In this document: positions 53,777-64,000 of the stretch, piece after piece | Position numbering within the stretch: the stretch's first letter is position 1 | How the letters are laid out: each line of letters starts with the position of its first letter | Assembly: GCA_963834385.1 (NCBI GenBank) | Contig: CAWIBO010000002.1 | Coordinates: forward strand, 1,283,967-1,347,966 | Origin: an uncultured Verrucomicrobiae bacterium | GTDB lineage: Bacteria > Verrucomicrobiota > Verrucomicrobiia > Chthoniobacterales > UBA10450 | Direction of reading: 5' to 3' | Length of the DNA: 64,000 nucleotides | Position numbers and translations under genes: made by a program | The notes under the pieces: generated by a model | Database searches by the model: none | Told to the model about the DNA's origin: nothing | Seen by the model: the letters and a program-made list of their open reading frames with translations, nothing else

Positions 53777-54430
53777 ATGAAACGCTCTCTGCCTCTGCTC
53801 ATCGTTATCGTGGTTGCGCTGGCGGCTTCGGCGGGCGCCTTCCTTCTTTACCAGGAGATGAAGCCCGCAGTTCTTACCTCCACCGGAAACGCCGCGGAGC
53901 CGGCGGCGGCCGAGCCTCATGCCCGGGGCCCCAAGACCGCGCGAGTGACTCTCGAGGAGTTCGCCGATTTCCAATGCCCGCCGTGTGGCAAGCTTTCGCT
54001 CCTGTTGAAGGGGATGCTGAACGAGTTCCCGGGCGATTTGCGCGTTGTCTTTCGCCATTTCCCGCTCCGGGGCCACCAGCACGCGAAGGAAGCCGCCGCC
54101 GCGACCGAAGCGGCCGGGCTGCAGGGAAAATTCTGGGAGATGCACGATCTGCTTTACCGCGAACAGGCTCTCTGGAGCCGGCAGCCTGAGGTGGGCGCGC
54201 TCTTTGAGAACTACGCCGGACAGCTTGGGCTCGACCTGGAAAAATTCCGGGAGGATCGCGCCAGCGCCGCGGTCCTGGAGCGGGTGGCGGCCGACCAAAA
54301 ATACGGGACCGGCCTGGGGGTGAACAGCACCCCGACTGTTTTCGTGAACGGGCAGCAGGTTCCCGCCAAGGGGTTGAACACGGAGAGCGTGCGCAGGGCG
54401 ATTCGCGCCGCGCTGACGCCGACGCCATGA
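53777..54430 (+). CDS. DsbA-family thioredoxin-fold oxidoreductase
   Basis: N-terminal TM, EFADFQCPPC, RHFPL, GVNSTPT. Confidence 0.9.
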   Translation: MKRSLPLLIVIVVALAASAGAFLLYQEMKPAVLTSTGNAAEPAAAEPHARGPKTARVTLEEFADFQCPPCGKLSLLLKGMLNEFPGDLRVVFRHFPLRGHQHAKEAAAATEAAGLQGKFWEMHDLLYREQALWSRQPEVGALFENYAGQLGLDLEKFREDRASAAVLERVAADQKYGTGLGVNSTPTVFVNGQQVPAKGLNTESVRRAIRAALTPTP

Positions 54431-54900
54431 GCCAGACGCGCCGCCAAAAAGAAAGGGCCGCGGCGGTGACCGCCGGCGGCTCCCGCTTCAGAACGGTTGT
54501 TTTCACCGCGATGGCTCTCCTCGCCGTGGTGGGGTTGGCTGATGCGATCTTCCTGACGGTGGCCCATTTCACCGGGGCCACCGCGGTTTGCGGGGGCTCG
54601 AGCGGATGTTCCGCCGTCCTGACCAGCCAGTACGGGAAGATCGGGCCGGTTCCGCTGGCGGCTTTCGGGGTCGCGGGCTATTTCACCGTCTTTGCTCTGG
54701 CGACGTTCTCCGCTTTTGGAAGGGTTGCGGCCGAGAAACTTTTGCGACCGCTGGTCTGGCTGATGTTCGGCGGGACTCTCTGGCTGTTGTTTGTGCAGGC
54801 GGTGCTGTTGAAATCGTACTGCCGTTACTGTCTGCTCTCGGCCGCGATCACGTTTCTGATTGCCGGTCTGCTGGTGGCCCTGCCGCGCCGCGAGTCCTGA
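54427..54900 (+). CDS. Vitamin K epoxide reductase (VKOR) family protein
   Basis: CGGSSGC loop, VLTSQY, CRYC in TM; coupled to dsbA-like gene. Confidence 0.9.
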   Translation: MSQTRRQKERAAAVTAGGSRFRTVVFTAMALLAVVGLADAIFLTVAHFTGATAVCGGSSGCSAVLTSQYGKIGPVPLAAFGVAGYFTVFALATFSAFGRVAAEKLLRPLVWLMFGGTLWLLFVQAVLLKSYCRYCLLSAAITFLIAGLLVALPRRES

Positions 54901-54980
54901 CCCTCCGCGCGAGAGGGGGAATTTGGTTTCGGCTGGTCGCCGCCCGGAAATGGATATAGAAAATCCTTGTAAACCGGTAT

Positions 54981-55008
54981 TTGTCTTGGTCAATATGACT
55001 CCTATAAG
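54981..55008 (+). promoter_or_regulatory. Putative sigma-70 promoter with GTCA-N3-TGAC palindrome in spacer
   Basis: TTGTCT-N16-TATAAG in AT-rich intergenic stretch. Confidence 0.35.
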
Positions 55009-55197
55009 GAAATGGGAGCTTCCAGCATGAGGCAATTTTCGGCGCAGACGGCCGCGCGCACTTCCGCGACGACTTCGATTCGCTCGAATTTTTTTTTGAA
55101 CAAAAAGCATCCGGGATACGTCAGGCGGCGTGCCGACACACGAAGAGGGTTCAGTCGAATCCCCACAGTTCCCGTAGTTCAACCCAAGGAATTCCCT

Positions 55198-58100
55198 ATG
55201 TTTCATCTCTTCGCTTCCACCGTGACGCGCCTCGGCGCCTCTCTCGCGATCGCCCTTCTGTTCTGTTGTTTCATCGTGGGCAACGCGCTTGGCCAGGCCA
55301 ACTGTTCCGCCCCGGGGATTCAGGTTCTGGCTGATCCGGCCGGCGATCACAACGCCGCCGCGGGCACCTCGAAGCAGGATGTCCTCTCCGTCTCGATTGC
55401 CGAACCCGGCTCTCTGAGCAGCACCCTGGTCTTCACCATGAAGGTTGCGGATTTGAGCGCGCCGCTCCCGATTAACGCCTTTTGGAAAATCTACTTTAAC
55501 GTGGGAGCGACGGTGCATTTCGTGGAGATGTCGACCGATGAGCTGGGCGTGGTGAGTTACAACGAGGGGACCTCGGCGACGAACCTGGACACAACCGAAG
55601 GCCCGATCTCCGGCAGTTATACCTCCGATGGGACTATCACGCTGTTTGCTTCCGTCTCCGCCGTGGGAAACCCCGCGGTGGGCTCGCAACTGACCGCAAT
55701 CTCGGCCCGGACACAGACGCTGATCGGCGTGCTGGGCACCGGCGGGCTTGATCACGATTGATAACAGCAACAACCAGACGGGAACGAAGGCTTACACGCT
55801 GATTGGCAACGCGGCCTGCACCGGCAGTACGCCGACCCCGACTCCGACGGCTACGCCCACCCCGACGCCTCCCGCAGGCGGCAGTGCCTGCACCCTGAAT
55901 CCCGCCGGCCCGAATTGTGTCTGGGACGGCACGGCCCCCGGTGGTTCGTCGCCTGAAGGCGAGGACACCTGCGTGGAAGGCGTGAACTGCCAGACCTTCC
56001 TGCTGACTCTCTCCGGCACGCCGGCTGACTGGATCGGAAAGAAGGCCCGCATCACGATCAGCGCGAACGATGCCAACAACGATTACGACGTTTACATCCA
56101 CAAGGGCCCAAGCAATACCGGGCCGATCGTGGGCTCCGGGGGGGCTCCGGGTACACCGCCGGAGGTGGTCGAGCTCGACCCAAACAATTCGAGCATCGGC
56201 ACCGGCGTGTTCGCGGTCCGGGTGGTTTATTGGCTGACGCCGACCGGCGTGACCGATCAGTATCATGCAGTGGCCGAGGCGGTCGGCGCGCCGACCCCGA
56301 CGCCCACGCCGAGTGTGACCCCGACGGCGACGCCGACTCCCGGAAACGCAGGGCAGCCGCGCTTCTTTAACCACTACACGGGCCAGGGCGTCGCGGACGA
56401 TGCCGGTGAGCCGACCCTTGGGGTGAACTGGAACACTGAGAACGTGAACCGCGATGCGTCCGTCGTCGCGCCTCCCGGAGGTCGGACCACCGGCCAGACG
56501 TTCAAAAATTACACCCGCGCCAGTGACGGAACGTTGACCGAGAACCAGACTTTCAACGGCGGAACGACCAATTACTACGGCGGATTCCTCGCCTACATGC
56601 TCCGCTACAACTTCGATGACTGCGAGTCGCCCGCGAACACGCTTATCGACCAGATGCCGATCACCCTGCCGGCAGCTCCGCGTGTCTACGGCGATCCGAT
56701 TCTTTTCGTTGATCGCATCACCGGCCGGACCTTCGTCTCGCAGTTGCTCGGCCTGACGCCCGGCGGCAGCACCATGGAATACACCGATAACGATGGGGAA
56801 ACCTTCCTGCCGAGCGAGGGCGGAGCGCCGTCGCAGATCGATCACCAGACCATCGGCGGCGGTCCGTTCCGCCCGATCGGGCCGATCACGCCGACGGGCC
56901 CGTATCCGCATGCCGTTTACTACGCGTCCCAGAGCGTGGCCACCGCCACCTCGCAGTTGAGCGTGGACGGCGGCATCACCTTCCCCGCGCAGACGCCGAT
57001 GTTTACCATCGCCGACTGCGCCGGTCTTCACGGGCACCTCAAGACGGGTGACAACGGCATCGCCTACGTCCCGGACAAGGCCTGCGCTGCCGCCGGCGTT
57101 CCCTTCGTCTTCGGCGGCGAAGCCTCCGTGGTGGTCTCCGAGGACAACGGCATCACCTGGGATGTTCGTCCGGCCACCGGCGCGCGCAGTGACGCCGGGG
57201 TGGATGATCCCTCCGTGGGCGTTTCCATGTGCCCTGACCCGACGGATTGCCCGGACAAGGACGCCCGCAGCAACACCATTTATCTCGGGTTCCTCTACTC
57301 GGACGATCCGGCCACACCGGGCGTGATTGAGCGGGCTCGCCCTGGCATCATCAAGTCGACCGATGGCGGTATGACCTGGTCGGCGCCGGTGGACATCGGT
57401 GCGATCTCCGGGGTGAAGCATGCCGCCTTCCCGGCGGTGGTTGCGGGCGACCCGGATCGCGCAGCCTTCGCCTTCTTCGGGACCACCACCGAAGCATCCA
57501 ACTTCGATCAAGCCGAGTTTGCCGGTGTCTGGTATCTCTACCTCGCGACCACTTTTGATGGAGGCGCGACCTGGGATGTGCAGAACCTGACCCCGAACGA
57601 TCCGATCCAGCGGGGCGGTATCTGCGGCGACGGCACCTGCCGCAACCTGCTCGACTTCTTTGATGCCGAGATCGACAAGCGCGGCCGCGTCCTGCTGGCC
57701 GGTGAGGACGGTTGCATCGGGGGCTGCGTCAACGGCGGGCCCAACTCCTTCACGGCCAAGGCGTTTGTCACCCGGCAATCGGGCGGCCGCCGGATGTTCG
57801 CGGCCTTTGACGGCGAGACCGACACGCCGGGCAACCCGACCGTTCCGGGAGCGCCGGCGGTTTCGGGCCAGCTTGATGCCGGCAACACCAAGGTGACCCT
57901 CGACTGGCCGGTGCCGGATAATGGCGGCTCACCCATCACGGCCTACCGGATCTACCGGTCCTACAACCAGGGCGGGCCTTACAACGATGCCTCTCTGATC
58001 GCGACGGTGACCAGTCCCGGCTTCATGGACATCACTTTCGATCCTGCGGAGACGGACAAGTTCTATATCGTCACCGCGGTAAATGCGGAGGGTGAAAGCC

Positions 58101-59308
58101 CCTTCTGCCGCGAGTTCGCACCAGTGGTTTCGCTGGTTGACCCGATGCCATGGTGCAGCCTGCCCGGCGTCCTGGTCACCAACGATGTCCTGCCCAACGG
58201 CGCGGACAATGACTCGGGCCAGAACACGCCGGTCGATCCGCGCGTCAACGCCAAGGTTCTCCATATTGCAGAGCCCTTCGTGGACGCAACGACTGAGCAA
58301 TTCTTCTTCACCCTCCAGGTTGGCCCTTCGGCGGAAAACTCGGCTCCGCCGAACAGCCAGTGGTTCATCATCTGGAACCGGCAGATGCCTGATTCCAATT
58401 ATGACCGGGCCTACGTCGCCATGCGGACTGATGCGAGCGGTAATCCGACCTTTGAGTATGGCAAATTCGGCGTGCCAATCCCGCTCGACCCCACGAACCC
58501 TGTTATTCCGACGGGCACGGAGAATACGCCGGTGAGGGAGGGTGACGCCGATGCTGGCAGCTTCTATAACCCGCTCACCGGGGTGATCCGGATCGTGCTC
58601 GCCAAGAGCAAGCTGCGCGCGTTTGAAGGAGCCGCCACATATCAGGCCGACTCCGACCTCGCCGGGACCAACGTTCGGACTTACTTCAACCGTCCGGATC
58701 CGGGTCAGCGTTCGCAGAACAATGCCTCCGACATCACGGGCGACGGCACCTACACGATCAAGGGGAACGTCTCCTGCGCGATGCCGCCGGATCTGGTGAG
58801 CGCCTTCTCGCGCAAGACCCATGGCACGGCCGGGGCCTTCGATGTCAAGCTGGCCCCGCTCGTTCCCGCCACGGCCGTGGGCGTGGAAAGCCGGAACAAG
58901 GGTGACGACAGCCACCAGGTGGTATTTGTCTTCTCAAGCCCGGTCAGCTTCACCGGTGCCACCGTGACGCCGGGAAGCGGCGGGACAGCGGCCACGCCCA
59001 CAACGAGCACAAACGGAAGCGAGGTTCTGGTGAACTTCACTGCGTCGAATATGCAGACGGTCACGGTGACTCTTCAGGGCGTTTCCGCCGGGGGTGTGGC
59101 CGCAGATATTGCCGTGCCGATGGGAATTCTGCAGGGCGACGTCAACGGCACGCGCACCGTCTCGGGCGCTGACGTGAACGCGGTCAAGGCTCAGCAGAGC
59201 ATGCCCGTCGTCCGCGACAACTTCCTTACCGACGTCAATGCGACCGGAACGATCACGGGCGCCGATGTGAATGCAACCAAGAGCAAGCAGAGCACCGCAC
59301 TTCCCTAA
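55198..59308 (+). CDS. Large secreted Asp-box/BNR (sialidase-like propeller) protein with PPC-like, FN3 and C-terminal dockerin-like domains (about 1370 aa; +1 frameshift near 55748)
   Basis: Signal peptide; PT linkers; DYDVYI; Asp boxes TDNDGETF, SVDGGITF, SEDNGITW, STDGGMTW, TFDGGATW; FN3 W..P.DNGGSPITAY..AVNAEGES; GDVNGTRTVSGAD/TDVNATGTITGAD. Confidence 0.85.
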
Positions 59309-59343
59309 CCAACCCAAAACCCAACCCAAATAGAAAAGCAGCC

Positions 59344-59961
59344 ATGATAAAAATGAAATACATCTACTCCATTGCCGCCGCGCTGATCATCTCGGCCGGA
59401 TCGGCTCTTGCCGACGTCAACCTCGTCTTCGGTTCGCCGAGCGCCTCGGTGGCGCCTGGTGGAACCTTTGACGTGACTCTTAACCTGCAGGTCACCGGAG
59501 CGGAACAGGTCAACGGCGTGAACTACTTCCTGCAGGAGCTCTCCTCCGCGGGATTCTTCATCGTCAGCCGTACCATCACCGGTAGCCTCTTCGACGATCC
59601 CTATTTTTCCAACGCGACCGTGGCGACGTCGCCCGGCAATGCGCTTGATCCAATCAACAATTCGGACCTGGGCGCCACCACCGATACCGGCGTCTTCGCG
59701 GGTGCCGGCAGCCACTTCCTGGCCACCTACACCATTGGCGTGGGCAGCGGCGTTACACCCGGCAGCTTCACTCTGAGCACGACCGACACCACCGGCATCG
59801 GCTGGAGCGGCACGGGCGGTGACCCCAGCGAGGAGAACCCTTTCGACAGTCACGCCAGCATGAGCGTGACCGTGGTGCCGGAGCCGGCCACCTGGTCGCT
59901 CCTGGCCCTCGGCGGCCTTGGCACCATCGGCATGACGGTGCTGCGGCGTCGCCGCGCCTAG
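59344..59961 (+). CDS. PEP-CTERM protein with cohesin-like beta-sandwich
   Basis: Signal peptide ALA; VAPGGTFDVTLNL..NGVNYFL..LATYTI; VPEPATWSLLALGGLG..RRRRA. Confidence 0.85.
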   Translation: MIKMKYIYSIAAALIISAGSALADVNLVFGSPSASVAPGGTFDVTLNLQVTGAEQVNGVNYFLQELSSAGFFIVSRTITGSLFDDPYFSNATVATSPGNALDPINNSDLGATTDTGVFAGAGSHFLATYTIGVGSGVTPGSFTLSTTDTTGIGWSGTGGDPSEENPFDSHASMSVTVVPEPATWSLLALGGLGTIGMTVLRRRRA

Positions 59962-59986
59962 TCCTCGTTCGCCGGATGCTTTACAG

Positions 59987-60022
59987 CGGGCTGATCGGTG
60001 ATCCGGTCAGCCCGTTTTGTTT
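59987..60022 (+). terminator. Rho-independent terminator
   Basis: CGGGCTGATCGG-TGAT-CCGGTCAGCCCG followed by TTTTGTTT. Confidence 0.75.
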
Positions 60023-60558
60023 ATTGCCTGGAGAGATGCTTCAGGACGGCACGGGCCAGGCTGGTGTTCTCGTCGATCTGTTCCGCCATGCTGGCACCGC
60101 TGCGGTGCTGAGACGGACATAGAGACTGGCGGAGGCACATAAAGTGCCCCGGCCTTGTGATCGCCCATCCAGAAGGCCTCTTCGCCGACATTCTTGACGC
60201 TTTCCGGGCGCCGCTTGGTCTTCTGCTCCTGGATCATTTGGAAAGCCGCGGGAGAGAATGTTTCCCGCCAGACTTCCCGCACGCTCCGCCCCTTTTCGCC
60301 GGCGGAACGGACCACGCGAAGGGTGACCGACTTCTTCGGATCCTTGGCCACGTAGAGACATTGCGCGATGTGAAGGCCGTTTTTCGTCTCGGTGATCGAT
60401 TTGACGTCAGTGATCTCGGTTTCCTGGAGACGGGCGATTTCTTCCCGCGGAAAAAGGGTGCAGGCATCCGGTCCATCGCCGGACGGCGGGGGCGTTTGCG
60501 CCACGACGAGCGGGGCCGCCAGAAGCGCGGTCAGGGCGAGAAATGAAGAGAGGTGCAT
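60021..60558 (-). CDS. Secreted protein (DUF3558-like), frameshifted near 3' end; paralog of neighbour
   Basis: Signal peptide; DACTLF, CLY, VGEEAFW; alternative frames restore LYVRLS..MAEQIDENTSLARAVLKHLSRQ* ending 60021. Confidence 0.65.
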
Positions 60559-60561
60559 GAT

Positions 60562-61200
60562 CTACGATCCTTTCGTTGGGTGCAGTTGGGAAAGCAGGTG
60601 GGCCGCCAGTTTCCTGGCGCGTGCCAGTCTGTCCTCCTTGGTGCCGGCACTGCCGACACTGGCCATGATGATGTAATCCGGCGCCAGCACGTGCAGGGCG
60701 TTCATGCGGTCGTCGACCGCCCAGAGCGCCTGCCGGCCGAGGCCCTCCACTTTCTGCGGGGCCAGTTTGATTCCCCCCTCGGCCCGCGGATGATCCACCA
60801 GGCTGTTGGCCGGGAACATTTCCTTCCAGTGAACCTGGAGCGCATCGGCGCCGGCGCCCGGGCCAAGCTGCCAGACGGTGAGATTGGCGGAATTGGCGGG
60901 GGAAGAGGCGGCGAAATAGCAGCTCGAAACCACCAGGCCGTTTCGTTCGAAACGATTGGGCGTGGTGGCGACCGGGGCTTCACCCAGCGCGGCCTGCATC
61001 ACTTCGCCGGAAAGAAGGGTGCAGACTTCGACCGGGGAGTGTCGCTGGTCGCCGACCGATTCCAAAGAAGCGGATGATGAGGGACCAGTTCGGTCCGAAC
61101 AACTTACGCCGGCGAGGGCGAAAACGAGGCAAAGCAGAGCCGGCCACGCCCCGGGAGAATACTTTTGAGGAGAAGAAAAACGACGGGAACGGACGCGCAT
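60562..61200 (-). CDS. Putative lipoprotein (DUF3558-like)
   Basis: LAGVSC lipobox-like; EVCTLL, SCYF, LGRQALW; start 61200 or GTG 61212. Confidence 0.7.
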   Translation of the reverse strand: MRVRSRRFSSPQKYSPGAWPALLCLVFALAGVSCSDRTGPSSSASLESVGDQRHSPVEVCTLLSGEVMQAALGEAPVATTPNRFERNGLVVSSCYFAASSPANSANLTVWQLGPGAGADALQVHWKEMFPANSLVDHPRAEGGIKLAPQKVEGLGRQALWAVDDRMNALHVLAPDYIIMASVGSAGTKEDRLARARKLAAHLLSQLHPTKGS

Positions 61201-61260
61201 TCTGGGGACCACGCACGATTCTAGCCCTTTGAGCGCTTTGCGCATCGCAAATCTATTTTT

Positions 61261-64000
61261 ATGAAAAAAGCCACCCAGGATAAAGCCTTCTCCCGCACCC
61301 GCCTCCTCGTCGCCCTCGCGCTGATGATGAGCAGCAGTGCTTTTGTTTACATGGCCATCGCCGCCAATCCTTCGTCCGGAACGATCACGCCGGCCGGGCC
61401 CACCCTCACCTGGGTGGGAACAGGTAACGGCCTTCCGCCCGCCGCGGGCGGCCGGGCGGATTGCATCGAGGGCCAGAATTGCGACTCCTACACACTGACG
61501 ATTTCGGGCAACCCGGCGGACTGGGTGGGCAAACAGGTAAAAGTCAGGATCAACAACACCCTGCCCAGCACGGACTACGATCTCTATGTCCTGAAAGGCT
61601 CGCTCAACGGCGCGGTGGTGGGATCCGATGGCCGCCCGCCGAGCACCTTCGAGGAAGTGGTGCTTGATCCGAACAGCCCGAGCATCGGGACGGGCGTGTT
61701 TGTGGTGCACGTCGTCTACTTCGCGGTCCCCCCGGGCGACCAGTATAACGGTGAGATTTCGATTTTGACTGGCGGCGTGATCCCGCCGGTTCCCGCCCCG
61801 CAGGCGAGTGGCGTTGCTCCCCGTTTCCAGGTGCACACCCCTCCGCCCGCGGGCGCAAACACCCTGGGAATCGACGCGGCCGAACCGTCGATTGGGGTGA
61901 ACTGGGACAGCGAAACCGGCACCAACGGCGGTCGGGCCATGTATATCGCCCTGCTGGAGACACTGCGGATCACTTTTGACGACACCTGCCCGTCGTCGCC
62001 CTCGGCCCTCTGGGAGGATGTCTCCTTTGCCGGCACCTCGGCGATCACGTTCGACCCCATTCTTTTCACCGACCACGGGTATCCGGGGGGGTCGGGCACC
62101 GGGAGAACGTTTGTTTCTCAACTGGTCTTTCCGGCAGGATCAATCGCGAGTGCCTCCGCCTATACGGATGATGATGGAACCACCTGGTTGCCGAGCACGG
62201 GCGCCGGGCCGGGGTCCGGTATCGATCACCAGACGATTGGCGGCGGCGGTCCTTATGCCGCTCCGGTTCCGCTTAACCCGGCTTATCCCAATCCTCTCTA
62301 CTATTGCGGCCAACTCCCGAATGCCACCTGCGCGCTGAGCGTTGACGGCGGCCAGAGTTATGGCCCGGCCATTCCGGTGGACGCTGGCGGCGAATGCGGC
62401 GGCTTGCACGGCCACATCAAAGTCGGTGTGGACGGCAGCGCCTATCTTCCGAACAAAGGATGTGGTTCCGGACAAGGCGTCATCGTGAGCCATGATAACG
62501 GGCTGACCTGGGATGTCCGGACCGTGCCGGGCAGCGCGGCGGGCGAGAGCGACCCCGCGGTTGGGATTGGGCGCGGCGACGAAACCGGCGGCAAGGGTCG
62601 TGTTTATCTTGGCTATGCCCATGGCGATTCCAAGGCGGTGATCACGGTTTCAGACGATCGCGGCTTGACCTGGAGCACACCTTACGATGTCGGGGCCAAG
62701 TTCGGCGTGAATGGCGTGGCTTTCCCGGCGGTGGTGGCCGGTGATGATGATCGCGCCGCGTTTGCCTTCTACGGCACGCCCACGATCGGCAGTGTGCAGG
62801 GGGCGAAGTTTGCCGGCGTCTGGCACCTTTACGTCGCCTACACTTATGATGGTGGAGCCAGCTGGCATACGGTGGACGTCACACCCAATGATCCGATGCA
62901 GCGCGGCTGCATCTGGCTGCAAGGCGGCTCAAACATCTGCCGCAACATGCTCGACTTCATGGGCGCAGATGTGGATGCGCGCGGCCGTTTCCTGGTGGGC
63001 TACAACGATGGGTGCGCGGGCGCAGAATGTTCGCAGGCCACCCCTGGCGCGGTGGGTAATTCCTACACGGCACTCACAGCCATCGCTCGTCAGTCCGGCG
63101 GCAAGGGCCTTTATGCCGCGCACGACGCGCTTTTCCCTGATGCGGCCGCAGGTGCCGGGTGCTCCCTATCTGACCGCGCGTCGCAACGGCGTGAACTCGT
63201 ATGTGCAGTGGTCGGCCTCGAACGACGGCGGCTCACCCATTACCGGTTTTCGCCTGGAAAGCTCGACCAGCCCGGCAGGTCCGTTCTCGACCGTCGCCAA
63301 CGTGGGCGCGTCGCAGATGCGTTACATCGACACGGTCGACATCTCCGAGCCGATTGTTTATTACCGCGTGGTCGCAATCAACGCCGTCGGCGAATCCTGC
63401 GGAGGCCTTGCCATTCCAGCGCCTTATAACGGCGATTCCTCGGCTCCGACCGGTTTCCGGATCGCGAACGATCCCGCGGGCGACCAAAAAGATGCGCCGG
63501 CTGATCCCGATCTCGATGTGCAGACCCTCGCCATCCATGAGCCGGCCACCGGCCCGCACGCTGGGAAGATGGTCTTCCTGATGAAGCTGGCCGGACCGCC
63601 CAGCGGCAACGACAAGCGCTGGCGCATCATCTGGGATTCGCCGAATGCGGTTGATTTCACCCAGGATCCTCCGGCCAACGTCGGACAATTCTATGTCGGC
63701 ATGGTTACGAACGAGGCGGGGCAGACCAGCTTCGATTACGGGACGGTGGAGACCGGCGTGGTCGGGCTCGTCCTGGGCGTGCCGGAGACCCGGCCCGCGG
63801 GTGTGCCCGACGCGGGCATCATCGGAACGGACGGCTTGATCACGATCGTCGTCTCCAAGGACAAGATCGGCAGCATTAACGTCGGTGATTTGATGGGCAA
63901 CTTCTCGGTGCGCACCTATCGCACACCGGGGAACAATTACGTCCGGTCGACCGACGCCATTGATGCCACCACGAATGCCGATGCGAACGACCTGGCGAGC
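61261..64000 (+). CDS. Second large secreted Asp-box/BNR protein, paralog of 55198..59308 (partial; +1 frameshift near 63146)
   Basis: Signal peptide; DYDLYV; Asp boxes; IDHQTIGGG, CRNMLDF, RQSGG; shifted frame continues PQVPGAP..FN3..DPAGDQ open to window end. Confidence 0.85.

Noticed and set aside
55740..55765. Programmed frameshift in large secreted protein
   Set aside because: No slippery sequence; single extra T resembles other local indels
55825..56345. ACGCCG-type DNA repeats
   Set aside because: Ordinary Pro-Thr linkers in the protein

Overview
High-GC bacterial DNA, most likely Verrucomicrobiota (Chthoniobacterales/Spartobacteria-like). This is inferred from the PEP-CTERM proteins, SRKTHG+dockerin C-terminus and gene families, not from a marker gene. 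0-22.6 kb: a large Wzx/Wzy-dependent exopolysaccharide locus (priming glycosyltransferase, about 11 glycosyltransferases, 2 acyltransferases, methyltransferase, Wzy-like, Wzx, Wzc, Wza-like, outer-membrane beta-barrel), mostly translationally coupled. 22.9-29 kb: secreted/PEP-CTERM/TPR genes and a hybrid kinase. Several genes in the first 28 kb have sigma-54-like -24/-12 promoters. 29-47 kb: housekeeping and envelope genes (ilvA, gcvP, FAD oxidoreductase, GT-C proteins, degenerate glgA, cca, TonB-C, lspA, ileS). 47-55 kb: signalling (REC, CheB-CheR-PAS-kinase, NarL-type regulator), small proteins, DsbA/VKOR. 55-64 kb: two paralogous large secreted Asp-box/BNR proteins. The first ends in a dockerin-like domain and is directly followed by a PEP-CTERM-anchored cohesin-like protein, the best candidate for an undescribed system (cohesin-dockerin surface display anchored by exosortase). 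Several single-base frameshifts cluster after 48 kb and may be assembly errors. No rRNA, tRNA, CRISPR array or transposase was recognised.
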